Shown in pieces: positions 1 through 9,164 of a DNA stretch of 64,000 bases; position 1 is the stretch's first letter, and every line of letters begins with the position of its first letter. The notes under the pieces are model-generated. The model saw nothing but the letters and a program-made list of their open reading frames with translations. It had not been told where the DNA came from and ran no database searches. The stretch lies in the NCBI GenBank assembly GCA_033764955.1, contig JANRIL010000024.1, positions 153,621 to 217,620 on the forward strand, in the 5' to 3' direction. The position numbers and the translations under genes were made by a program. This stretch comes from Cyanobacteriota bacterium. Lineage in GTDB: Bacteria > Cyanobacteriota > Cyanobacteriia > Thermostichales > Thermostichaceae.

Positions 1-231
1 TAGTGGCGGCATCGCATCATCTAACATTAGTTTTTTGCTTCACTCTGCTAGTTTTTATCATGGATGCAAAGTCAGACCAGGAGAACCCTTTGAGAATGTG
101 AATATGTGAACTTCCAAGCCCCATTGTTCGGAATCTGAACAAGGATAAACCAGCCTTAGGTATGGTTGCCCGTCGGAATTTTGGTTCACTTCAGCACTTG
201 AGTCATGCAATTTTTGAGATAGGAGATTTCG

Positions 232-1545
232 ATGCTCGGTAAACTTAATCGTCGCCAAGTCCTGAAAGCTGGTGCGGCCATGACCGCAGGAGCTGTGGCC
301 GGTACACTCGGTCCCCAGATCATCATCAAGCGGGCTTTACCTGCTTATGCTCAGGGAGAAACAGTCAAAATCGGGATTTTGCACTCCCTCAGCGGCACGA
401 TGGCGATCAGTGAGGTGTCTATTAAAGATGTCTGCGTCATGGCTGCCGAAGAAATCAATGCTGCTGGCGGGGTCTTGGGTAAGCAAATTGAATATGTGAT
501 CGAAGATGGAGCTTCTGACTGGCCTACTTTTGCTGAGAAAGCTCAGAAATTGATCGAGGTCGATAAGGTTGCCAGTATTTTTGGATGTTGGACCTCCGCT
601 AGCCGCAAAGCGGTGTTGCCCGTGTTTGAGCGGTTGGATCACATGCTTTGGTATCCTGTGCAGTACGAAGGTAATGAGTGCTCCAAAAACATCCTCTACA
701 CGCCTGCCGTGCCCAACCAGCAAACTAAACCCGCTCTCGACTACATGGTGAAAAAGTTGGGGGTGACCAAAATCTATCTGGAAGCCTCTGATTACGTTTA
801 TCCTAGAACCGCCAACCAAATTGCCAAAGCCCAAATCGAAGAGCTGAAAAAGGCGGGTGTGGATATTGAATTGGTGGGTGAAAACTATCAGCCTTTGGGT
901 GCCCAAGACTATGCCACTGCGGTTGCCAAAATCGTGGCTTCAGGTGCTAATGGTGTGCTGAACACCATCAACGGTGACAGTAACGTTGGCTTCTTCAAGC
1001 AATACAAGGCGCAAGGTCTGACTCCTGATATTTGCCCGGTGATGTCTTCTAGTTTGTCGGAAGATGACGTGCGGGGTATTGGGGCAGAAAACGTGGTAGG
1101 TCACTACGCCGTCTGGAACTACTTCCAATCTCAAGATCGCCCTCAAAACAAGAAATTTGTGGAAGCTTTCAAGGCCAAATATGGAGCGGATCGGGTGACT
1201 GGGGATCCCATTGAAAAGGGCTATATTGGCGTCAATATGTGGAAACTCGCCTGCGAAAAAGCCGGAACTTTTGATATTCCCAAAGTACGGGAAGCCGTGA
1301 TTGGGATCGAATTTGATGCTCCCGGTGGAAAGCATGTCATGCGGGGCAACCACCACACCCTCAAGCCAGTTTTGGTGGGCAAACACTTAGCGGATGGGCA
1401 GTTTGAGATCATCGATGATCTGGGCGTCGTGGAACCCCAAACCTGGGATCCCTTGATTGCTGGTAACAAGGTGTGTGACTGGTCGAAATATCCTGAAGGA
1501 ACCATCGAAGCGACGGAAGCGGTTGCTCCCGATGCTTTCCGCTAA
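232..1545 (+). CDS. urtA: Urea ABC transporter substrate-binding protein
   Basis: KIGILHSLSGTMAISE, EDGASDWPTFAEKA, FGCWTSASRKAVLPVFE, YPVQYEG and DYVYPRTAN motifs; twin-arginine signal NRRQVLK; first gene of a five-gene ABC cluster. Confidence 0.92.
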   Translation: MLGKLNRRQVLKAGAAMTAGAVAGTLGPQIIIKRALPAYAQGETVKIGILHSLSGTMAISEVSIKDVCVMAAEEINAAGGVLGKQIEYVIEDGASDWPTFAEKAQKLIEVDKVASIFGCWTSASRKAVLPVFERLDHMLWYPVQYEGNECSKNILYTPAVPNQQTKPALDYMVKKLGVTKIYLEASDYVYPRTANQIAKAQIEELKKAGVDIELVGENYQPLGAQDYATAVAKIVASGANGVLNTINGDSNVGFFKQYKAQGLTPDICPVMSSSLSEDDVRGIGAENVVGHYAVWNYFQSQDRPQNKKFVEAFKAKYGADRVTGDPIEKGYIGVNMWKLACEKAGTFDIPKVREAVIGIEFDAPGGKHVMRGNHHTLKPVLVGKHLADGQFEIIDDLGVVEPQTWDPLIAGNKVCDWSKYPEGTIEATEAVAPDAFR

Positions 1546-1610
1546 GGAGAAAAGACCTGAACCCTCTCAATTTCTGGTGAATCGAGAAGATTAGCTAGCT
1601 AGGCATGGGT

Positions 1611-1644
1611 GGTAGGGGTTCTCTCACTAAGAGGGATCCCTATC
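1611..1644 (+). promoter_or_regulatory. Stem-loop between urtA and urtB (possible mRNA-stabilising or attenuating hairpin)
   Basis: GGTAGGGGTTCTCT pairs with AGAGGGATCCCTATC using G-U pairs and one bulge; no U-tract follows. Confidence 0.35.
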
Positions 1645-1713
1645 CCCTCCTAAAGCACCATATTCTCCTCATATCCTAAAGTGAATTCCCTAGTAGTGTA
1701 GGATGACTGACTT

Positions 1714-2796
1714 ATGATTGGCATGTTGGATATATTCACCCACTCCACTCCACTTTTTGCTAAAGCAGAGCTTTTTATTGTAGAAAATGGTATTCAAGTT
1801 TTATTTGCCCGCAAAGGCTTTTTTCTGCTGACCCAGTTGTTTAACGCTGTCAGCACTAGCTCTATTTTTCTGCTAATTGGCTTGGGTCTAGCGATTACCT
1901 TTGGCCTGATGGGGGTAATCAATATGGCTCACGGGGAATTCATTATGTTGGGTTGCTACACTACCTATGTGATGCAGCAATATGTTTTTGGCCGATTGTT
2001 TTGCGGGGGAGGATGTGGGGGCAAGGAGGCATCTCAAATTACCGATTTCAGTCGAGCCTATTTTGAGGCTTATCCTCTTGCCTACAATCTCACCTATATC
2101 ATCACGATAGTCGGGGCTTTTGTGGTAGCGGGCTGCCTGGGGATCCTTCTAGAAAGAGTGATTGTTAAACGATTGTATGGTCGATCGTTGGATACCTTAA
2201 TGGCCACCTGGGGGTTTAGTTTGATCCTGCAACAGGCGGTCAGGATGATGTTTGGTGCTCAAAACGTGGATGTCAACAAACCCTCCTTCTTAGGAAATCA
2301 GTTTCGCATCCCTGGGACACTCGTGACCCTTCCATTTACCCGTATCTTTATTTTGGTGGTGGCCATTCTGGTGCTGCTGGGATTGTTTCTCTTCCTGAGT
2401 CGCTCTCGATTTGGCCTAAGAATTCGGGCAGTCACCCAAAACCGCGCTATGGCAGCTTGTATGGGGATCCCGACTCAGCAGGTAGATGCTCTATCCTTTG
2501 GCATTGGCTCTGGGTTGGCAGGCATTTGTGGAGCCTTGATTACCCTAATTGGTTCTGTAGGGCCATCCACAGGGCAAAACTTGATTGTTGATTCCTTCAT
2601 GGTGGTGGTGATTGGCGGTGTAGGCAAGTTGATTGGCACCCTAGCTGGAGCCACTATTTTAGGGTTTTTGACTACCTTTAATGAGTCTTTATTGAACGGC
2701 AGTCTAGGAAAAGCATTAACGTTTGCCATCGTTATTCTGGTGCTTCAGTTTAAGCCAGCAGGTTTATTTCCCCAAAAGGGGCGAGATGTTGAATAG
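1714..2796 (+). CDS. urtB: Urea ABC transporter permease
   Basis: GLAITFGLMGVINMAHGEFIMLG, GLRIRAVTQNRAMA, DSFMVVVIGGVG, KPAGLFPQKGR; operon position. Confidence 0.9.
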   Translation: MIGMLDIFTHSTPLFAKAELFIVENGIQVLFARKGFFLLTQLFNAVSTSSIFLLIGLGLAITFGLMGVINMAHGEFIMLGCYTTYVMQQYVFGRLFCGGGCGGKEASQITDFSRAYFEAYPLAYNLTYIITIVGAFVVAGCLGILLERVIVKRLYGRSLDTLMATWGFSLILQQAVRMMFGAQNVDVNKPSFLGNQFRIPGTLVTLPFTRIFILVVAILVLLGLFLFLSRSRFGLRIRAVTQNRAMAACMGIPTQQVDALSFGIGSGLAGICGALITLIGSVGPSTGQNLIVDSFMVVVIGGVGKLIGTLAGATILGFLTTFNESLLNGSLGKALTFAIVILVLQFKPAGLFPQKGRDVE

Positions 2797-2933
2797 ATAC
2801 CTCAAATCAGATAATGAGTGAACAGGAAAGTTTGTTCAGCCATAACTTTTCCTCTGGAGAATATTAAGACATAATGATCCCGTTGATGTTGAGTGGCGTA
2901 AGTTCAATTGTTTTGTAGGATGGGTAATCAGCA

Positions 2934-4061
2934 ATGACTAGCACTTTGCAAGAAAATGAGTCTCAATTGGCTCGTCAACGATCAAAACTGCAAGTAATAG
3001 AGATTGTTACTGTTGTATTTATTGCTGTCATCGCCATCTTTTTGCTCCCAGAAATTCTCAGCAACTTTCGCCTAAATCTTTTAGGGCGATGGATTGCACT
3101 AGCCATTGTGGCCGTTGGCATCGATTTGATATGGGGCTTTACAGGATTATTGAGTCTGGGGCATGGTGTTTACTTCGCCCTCGGAGGATATTGCCTGGGA
3201 ATGCACCTGAAATTAATGGCTCCTAACCTGACAGGAGCCAGCAACCCCTCTGGTGAAACGATCCCTGACTTCATGGCCTACGGTGGTTTGGAAGGGTTGC
3301 CGTGGTGGTGGGAACCATTTTATAACCCCTGGTTCGCTATGGCAGCCGTCATGTTTGTACCAGCAGTTCTTGCTTTCATTTTGGGTTATTTAATCTTCCG
3401 AAATCGTATCAAGGGGGTCTATTTTGCTATCATCTCTCAGGCTACCTCGCTAGTTCTAAGTGTTCTGCTAGTAGGATATCTAGAATACACGGCAGGAACC
3501 AACGGATTAACTGACTTTCAAACCTTTTTTGGAGCTGATATTAACACTCCAGAGACCCGTAGGGTTCTCTACATTGCTAGTTTCTTATTTCTGCTAGCAA
3601 CCTATATTTTTGGCCGTTGGCTAACTTCTGGTAAATTTGGACGGTTGATGGTTGCAATCCGTGACGATGAGTTTCGCGCTCGTTATGCTGGCTACCATGT
3701 GGATTTTTATAAGTTAGTCGTCTATGTTGTATCGGCAATTATTGCAGGAATTGGAGGTGCCTTATTTGTTCCACAAGTGTTGATCATCAACCCTAGTCAA
3801 GCAGGAATTGTTCAGTCGATCGATTTTGTTATTTGGGTCGCGGTAGGCGGAAGGGCTAGCTTAGTGGGAGCAATTGTGGGGGCATTGTTGGTCAATGGCC
3901 TGAAAACCGGATTGAGTGAACGCTTCCCAGAATTTTGGATTTTGGTACAAGGATTGATGCTGCTTCTAGTGGTTGTATTTTTGCCCAAAGGAGTGATGGG
4001 AATCATTCGAGATGGATTTAGAAAGTTAGTTTTGCCAAAACAACCAGAAGCTTCTGCTTGA
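2934..4061 (+). CDS. urtC: Urea ABC transporter permease
   Basis: IDLIWGFTGLLSLGHG, RIKGVYFAIISQA, GTNGLTDF, FGRLMVAIRDDE, IWVAVGGRASL. Confidence 0.9.
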   Translation: MTSTLQENESQLARQRSKLQVIEIVTVVFIAVIAIFLLPEILSNFRLNLLGRWIALAIVAVGIDLIWGFTGLLSLGHGVYFALGGYCLGMHLKLMAPNLTGASNPSGETIPDFMAYGGLEGLPWWWEPFYNPWFAMAAVMFVPAVLAFILGYLIFRNRIKGVYFAIISQATSLVLSVLLVGYLEYTAGTNGLTDFQTFFGADINTPETRRVLYIASFLFLLATYIFGRWLTSGKFGRLMVAIRDDEFRARYAGYHVDFYKLVVYVVSAIIAGIGGALFVPQVLIINPSQAGIVQSIDFVIWVAVGGRASLVGAIVGALLVNGLKTGLSERFPEFWILVQGLMLLLVVVFLPKGVMGIIRDGFRKLVLPKQPEASA

Positions 4062-4106
4062 GATTCAGCTAAAGATTCACGATGTCGCAACGTTTAACGG
4101 GGATTG

Positions 4107-4871
4107 ATGGTTATGTCACAGGATATTATTCGTTTAGAACAGATTACGGTTAGTTTTGACGGATTCAAAGCTATCAATGATCTAAATTTCTCGATGCAAG
4201 AGGGTGAGCTTCGGGTTGTAATTGGGCCAAACGGAGCTGGAAAAACGACATTGTGTGATGTTATTACTGGAAAGGTCAAACCCTCCCATGGCAAGGTATT
4301 TTTTCATGATAAAGAGATTACCAATATTCCCGAGTACAAGATAGCTAGGATGGGTATTGGCCGAAAGTTTCAAACTCCTCGTATCTTTCTTAATCTAACG
4401 GTCTTTGAAAATATTGAGTTGGCTTACAATCCTAATAAGGGTGTTCTCAGCACCCTATTTTCTAAGCGAACCAAAGCCGATCAAGAAAAGATTTTGAGTG
4501 TGATCGAAACCTGTGGTCTGACTCGCGTTGTTCACTGGCCTGCCGGTATTCTTTCCCACGGTCAAAAACAATGGTTAGAAATTGGCATGATGGTGGCTCA
4601 GGATCCTGATCTCTTGCTATTGGACGAATGTGTAGCCGGAATGACGGATAAAGAAACGGAGGCAACCGCCGAATTGATCCAAGTTTTATCGAAGGAACAT
4701 GCCATTTTGGTGATTGAGCATGATATGGTCTTTGTCCGACAAATTGCTCGCCAAGTAACGGTTCTTCACCAGGGTATGATGTTGTGTGAAGGTAGCTTTG
4801 ATGAAGTACAAAATGATAGTCGAGTCATCGAAGTGTATCTAGGTACTCACAAGGAAAAAGCTGTTGCCTAA
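4107..4871 (+). CDS. urtD: Urea ABC transporter ATP-binding protein
   Basis: TVSFDGFKA, Walker A GPNGAGKT, GIGRKFQTP, LSHGQKQWLEIGM. Confidence 0.9.
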   Translation: MVMSQDIIRLEQITVSFDGFKAINDLNFSMQEGELRVVIGPNGAGKTTLCDVITGKVKPSHGKVFFHDKEITNIPEYKIARMGIGRKFQTPRIFLNLTVFENIELAYNPNKGVLSTLFSKRTKADQEKILSVIETCGLTRVVHWPAGILSHGQKQWLEIGMMVAQDPDLLLLDECVAGMTDKETEATAELIQVLSKEHAILVIEHDMVFVRQIARQVTVLHQGMMLCEGSFDEVQNDSRVIEVYLGTHKEKAVA

Positions 4872-5031
4872 CCTCTCTGGCAACTCATTTTTTGCAAGTA
4901 AATTGATGAACCTGTGAACAGAACAATATCGGTGGAAGTCTGGCGGAAATAGATTGGTTCGATTTGGTCAGGCTGCTTTTTATGGGTGAATGGAAGGTAT
5001 TGGATTGACGTTGTGATTGAGGTTTTACACT

Positions 5032-5760
5032 ATGGTAGCGGCTCCTTCGATTGCCACAAAACCCCTCCTAGAGGTTCAGGATCTCAACATTTATTATGGG
5101 GGTAGCCATATTGTCAAAGACCTTTCCTTTAAGATTATGCCCGGTCAAGCCGTTTGCTTGTTAGGGCGGAATGGCATGGGCAAAACCACGACACTGAAAA
5201 CTATTATGGGATTGCTCAAACAGCGCAGTGGATCCCTAGTTTTGGACGGGGATCCCATTTCTGACTTTTTCCCCAATCAGAGAGCCTGTGCTGGTATTGG
5301 CTATGTTCCACAGGGGCGTGAAATTTTTCCTAAGTTAACGGTTGAGGAAAACCTGCTCGTCGGACTGGAAGCCGCGGCTGGTAATGTCAAAAAAATTCCT
5401 GATTTTGTCTATGAGCTTTTTCCTATCCTTAAGTCATTCCTCAAACGATTTGGTGGTGATTTGAGTGGAGGTCAGCAGCAACAACTGGCGATTGCCCGTG
5501 CCCTTGTAGCTAACCCCAAAGTATTGATTTTAGATGAACCGACAGAAGGGATCCAGCCCTCCATTATCATTGAGATTGAGGATGCTATTACCAAGATCAA
5601 GCAAGAGAAGGGGATAGCGGTTCTGCTGGTTGAACAGTATTTTCAGTTTGCCCAAAGCTTAGCAGATTACTTTTATCTAATTGAGAATGGCTCTCTTGTG
5701 ATGGAAGGACTGACTTCTGAGATGGATGTGGTTAAGGTTCAATCTTATTTATCCGTCTAG
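5032..5760 (+). CDS. urtE: Urea ABC transporter ATP-binding protein
   Basis: GRNGMGKTT, GYVPQGREIFP, LSGGQQQQLAIARAL, LDEPTEGIQPSII; ATG at 5032 preferred over upstream TTG. Confidence 0.9.
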   Translation: MVAAPSIATKPLLEVQDLNIYYGGSHIVKDLSFKIMPGQAVCLLGRNGMGKTTTLKTIMGLLKQRSGSLVLDGDPISDFFPNQRACAGIGYVPQGREIFPKLTVEENLLVGLEAAAGNVKKIPDFVYELFPILKSFLKRFGGDLSGGQQQQLAIARALVANPKVLILDEPTEGIQPSIIIEIEDAITKIKQEKGIAVLLVEQYFQFAQSLADYFYLIENGSLVMEGLTSEMDVVKVQSYLSV

Positions 5761-5787
5761 ATTCACCTGTCTGAATAGTCTGTCTTT

Positions 5788-6018
5788 GTGGCAAAATCAG
5801 TGAGGGTTTTTAGGAACAAAAAACTGATGAAAGTAGAGTTTAAGCCAATTGCGGCACGGGTTCTTCCCTATGCCTTTGTTTGTTTTAGTTGCTGGCTCTT
5901 GATCAGTGGGCAAATTAGTGATGATGCCTTCCTTTGGATATTTTTAGGCTTTGCCTTAGTCAGCTATTTTTCTAGACGCAAAGCCGAAAACTCTAGCGAA
6001 AAATCTTCTAAGGAGTAG
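5788..6018 (+). CDS. Small hypothetical membrane protein (2 TM)
   Basis: ORF with two hydrophobic stretches directly downstream of urtE. Confidence 0.4.
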   Translation: MAKSVRVFRNKKLMKVEFKPIAARVLPYAFVCFSCWLLISGQISDDAFLWIFLGFALVSYFSRRKAENSSEKSSKE

Positions 6019-6064
6019 GTTGAGTTGTTCAGGAGATGGTGTTGGCGGAATTAGAACAACCACC

Positions 6065-6457
6065 TTAAAACCCTTGACTACGCTCTCTTCTAATTTTTAG
6101 GTAATGTTGGGTTGTCAAAATTGAAGTGAGCACGAAAAATAGAGTAAGACCCTCAAAAATTAACCATGATTCCAGAGTGTTACTCTGATGGCTAAGTTCT
6201 TCACAGTTAGTGATCAAACAACTAATAGCTACTACATTCGAGGCAAGCAGAGGCAGGCTGAATAGACCTGCTAGGATGCCAGTACACAATAAATAGGACT
6301 CTGGCAGAATCAGAAAGGAAAAGAGTTTGGACTGTTTATTGATGACCTCATTCAAGCGATTGTTAGCATTTTCGGGCGAGGGAGAAGGGAAATCATTCAT
6401 AAGTTTGCTAGGAAAAATGAAGCAATAGGTTTCTGCAATAGCTTTTCTATTGAGCAA
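6065..6457 (-). CDS. Hypothetical membrane protein
   Basis: ORF with two hydrophobic segments, co-oriented with the MOSC gene; start uncertain. Confidence 0.4.
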   Translation of the reverse strand: MLNRKAIAETYCFIFPSKLMNDFPSPSPENANNRLNEVINKQSKLFSFLILPESYLLCTGILAGLFSLPLLASNVVAISCLITNCEELSHQSNTLESWLIFEGLTLFFVLTSILTTQHYLKIRRERSQGF

Positions 6458-6485
6458 AGTAATGATGGCTGATTATGGAACCAAA

Positions 6486-7313
6486 CTAGACACTTTTTTC
6501 AAGCCAAATGGGATCCCCCTGCTGGATGGTTCCTGCCTCTAGGACAGATGTCCGGATCCCGGCGATCACCTGATTATAGCGGGCAGTTGTTTTGAGAATG
6601 TTGATATCCTGAGGCAGATCTGACTGGGCTAGGGTAGTGACGACACAGCGAGGGCAGGCTGTATCAATACTAAGCTTGACCGATTCACCAATCGAGAGGA
6701 TCCCTCCCACCCAATCATTTTCTAGAAAGTCAGCGGTGGGGAAGAGCGGCTCAATTAAAATATTGGGACGAAAGCGGCTGACATGAAATTGCCCTTCAGG
6801 ATAGAGCGTTTGCAGGCGAGCAAGAGTGGCTGTGGTAATCAGATGGATAGAGCAGGAGTCAAAAAACGTCTGCGGGGGCATATAAAGCTGAGTGATTGTT
6901 TCTTGGTGAGCGGTTCCTTCTACATCTGGCCAATATTGATCAAGACTCGCCCCTTTCGGGACTGAGGAAAGGAGTTCTACGGAACAGCCCAACGCTTGAG
7001 AAAGGCGTGTATGGATCTCTGGGCTATCCGTATTGACCATCTGACCATCGGGGAGGGTAATGGTTACGGTTGTGGCCGGATTGGGAGGAGTAACGGTTTC
7101 GCTAAATTTGGCCTGAAAGTTGAGGAGTTTTGCCCATTTCTTGGGGTTTTTGGCACTGGCAACCCGTTGTCTCTCGGGATCCCAGAGGGCATAGAGGCGA
7201 TCCCCCCAGACTCCTTGGGCGGTAATAGCTGATACGGGAATAGCCTCCCCTAGCATTGACTTAACAGGATATCTCCAAAGGGAATGAACCGTTCCGACCT
7301 TCAGGTGAGCCAT
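6486..7313 (-). CDS. MOSC domain-containing protein
   Basis: LWRYPVKSM, GDRLYAL, RFRPNILI and CPRC motifs. Confidence 0.9.
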   Translation of the reverse strand: MAHLKVGTVHSLWRYPVKSMLGEAIPVSAITAQGVWGDRLYALWDPERQRVASAKNPKKWAKLLNFQAKFSETVTPPNPATTVTITLPDGQMVNTDSPEIHTRLSQALGCSVELLSSVPKGASLDQYWPDVEGTAHQETITQLYMPPQTFFDSCSIHLITTATLARLQTLYPEGQFHVSRFRPNILIEPLFPTADFLENDWVGGILSIGESVKLSIDTACPRCVVTTLAQSDLPQDINILKTTARYNQVIAGIRTSVLEAGTIQQGDPIWLEKSV

Positions 7314-7576
7314 GAGAATATGTCAAATTTTCCTTTCATCAAGCCACTGAACCCTATCATTGAGCTCGGTTAACAAGCGTATCTAACCATACGAAACGTT
7401 GACAGAGGTTTCCGCTTGATTGAGCTTTACCCCCTTGGGGAACTAGGGATCCCTAGAGTTTATACCCCAAAAAGCACGATAGAGTGGTGGCTGGTTATGA
7501 CCTTTTGGGGATCCCGCTCTTGCCATTGTTTATTGGTAGTAGTCCAGAGAAGGTCAGTTAGTCAGGAGAAGGTCAG

Positions 7577-8494
7577 TTGACTTTTTTGCCTCCATCATGG
7601 TCACGCCTCACCCTCTGGGGAGAGCAAGGGTTTTGGCGGCTCACCCAAGTAGCGGGCTTGGCAGTGGTGACCCTGTTGGTGGGCATCGTTGTCCAAATCG
7701 GTAGCCTCGCTTGGCCTGCTATCGAACGCTTTGGTTTTTCCTTTTGGCTAACCGTTATCTGGGATCCGGTGAGGGGGGAATACGGCGCTTTAGCACTTCT
7801 CTGGGGAACGGCGATCAGCTCCCTGCTGGCGTTGCTGATCGCGGTGCCGATGGGAGTGGGCACTGCCATCCTTCTGAGTGAAGATATTTTGCCCCTTTCC
7901 CTGCGTCGCGGGTTAACCCCCTGCGTGGATCTGTTGGCTGGGATCCCTAGCGTTGTCTATGGTTATTGGGGAGCCGTGGTGCTCAACCCCTGGCTGCATC
8001 AACTGGGGATCTGGCTGTCTGGGCAGGGATGGATCACCTTGCGGATTGGGACATCGGGAAGTTTATTAGCGGCGGGATGCCTACTGGGGATCATGATTGT
8101 GCCCATTATCAGTGCGGTGGGACGGCAATCGCTCCTGGCCTTACCCCCAGAATGGCGGGAAGCCTCTTTGGCGGTAGGCGCCAGTCGGTGGACGACCATC
8201 TGGCGCGTCTTATTGCCAGGGGCGAGGTCAGGAATAGGTGCCGGCATCTTGCTGGGATTAGCCAGGGCGATGGCAGAAGCGATGGCGGTAACGATGGTCA
8301 TCGGCAATGCTAACCGCTTGCCCCGCTCCCTTGGGGATCCGAGCAATACTCTGGCGGCGGTTTTAGCTAATCAGTTTGCTGAAGCCACGGGTCTGCAGGT
8401 AGCCGCGCTCATGTATGTGGGGTTGATCCTGTTTGGCTTGGTGTTGGTAGTGGGACTGGTGGCGGAAGGAATTCGGCCAGGATCCCCACACTAA
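7577..8494 (+). CDS. pstC: Phosphate ABC transporter permease PstC (stand-alone copy)
   Basis: WDPV..EYG..LLWGT, LLAGIPSVVYG, EASLAVGASRW, MAVTMVIGN, LANQFAEA; start uncertain. Confidence 0.85.
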   Translation: MTFLPPSWSRLTLWGEQGFWRLTQVAGLAVVTLLVGIVVQIGSLAWPAIERFGFSFWLTVIWDPVRGEYGALALLWGTAISSLLALLIAVPMGVGTAILLSEDILPLSLRRGLTPCVDLLAGIPSVVYGYWGAVVLNPWLHQLGIWLSGQGWITLRIGTSGSLLAAGCLLGIMIVPIISAVGRQSLLALPPEWREASLAVGASRWTTIWRVLLPGARSGIGAGILLGLARAMAEAMAVTMVIGNANRLPRSLGDPSNTLAAVLANQFAEATGLQVAALMYVGLILFGLVLVVGLVAEGIRPGSPH

Positions 8495-8641
8495 ATAACA
8501 GGGCAAATCGGCATCAAAAAAATTTCAGCAACAGGGCATGAACAAAATTCCAGCCCAAGTAAGAAACCCCCAAGACCAGCAGACAAAACAGAACCACGCT
8601 AAAGGTTGCCCGTAGTTTATTGACCCATTCGTTCGGCATGA

Positions 8642-9064
8642 CTAGCTACCCCGCTTCAGGTCAGCCTCAGCCCGATTCAACTGTGTCAAAACACGGGTGA
8701 CTTGTTCCGGCTTGAGGGGACGCTTGCCAGGACTGCGGTAGACCGACGCCAAGGTATTTGAAACCGTGCGGAGGGTTGTGAAAGAAGCCATTTTGTCAAA
8801 ACGTGCCCCATGATAGCGTCCGGCAAACGACTCAATCACCTGTTGGGCTTCGGCTTGGGAGGATTCCAGCCCACCCAAGCTATCGGAGTCGGTGAGGGCG
8901 GTACGCAACGTGTTCACCAACAGCAGACCATCTTCTGTATATTTGCCTGTTAATTGAGCAGCGTTTCCAGGCAACCCACCGATCAGCAAAACCATGACGA
9001 ACAAAAGGCCAAGCCCTTTAGCCAGCAGACGGCGATGGAGGGATCGGAATGCAGTCAAGCTCAT
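8642..9064 (-). CDS. psb27: Photosystem II assembly factor Psb27
   Basis: LTGKY..D...V..LR, A..VI..F..RY, SFTTLRT..N.LA.Y, RPL, RV..QL..AE..L.RG. Confidence 0.8.
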   Translation of the reverse strand: MSLTAFRSLHRRLLAKGLGLLFVMVLLIGGLPGNAAQLTGKYTEDGLLLVNTLRTALTDSDSLGGLESSQAEAQQVIESFAGRYHGARFDKMASFTTLRTVSNTLASVYRSPGKRPLKPEQVTRVLTQLNRAEADLKRGS

Positions 9065-9164
9065 GGAACGCCTCAAAAAGAATGCACTTTTAGCATAGGG
9101 CACTCAGGATCCCTTGGCATAGAGGAGAGCCGCCTGGGCTATGGCGAACTGGCGGGGGGATCCC

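Noticed and set aside
7361..7400. Pho box upstream of pstC
   Set aside because: GTTAACAA occurs once, without the 11-bp-spaced repeats expected.
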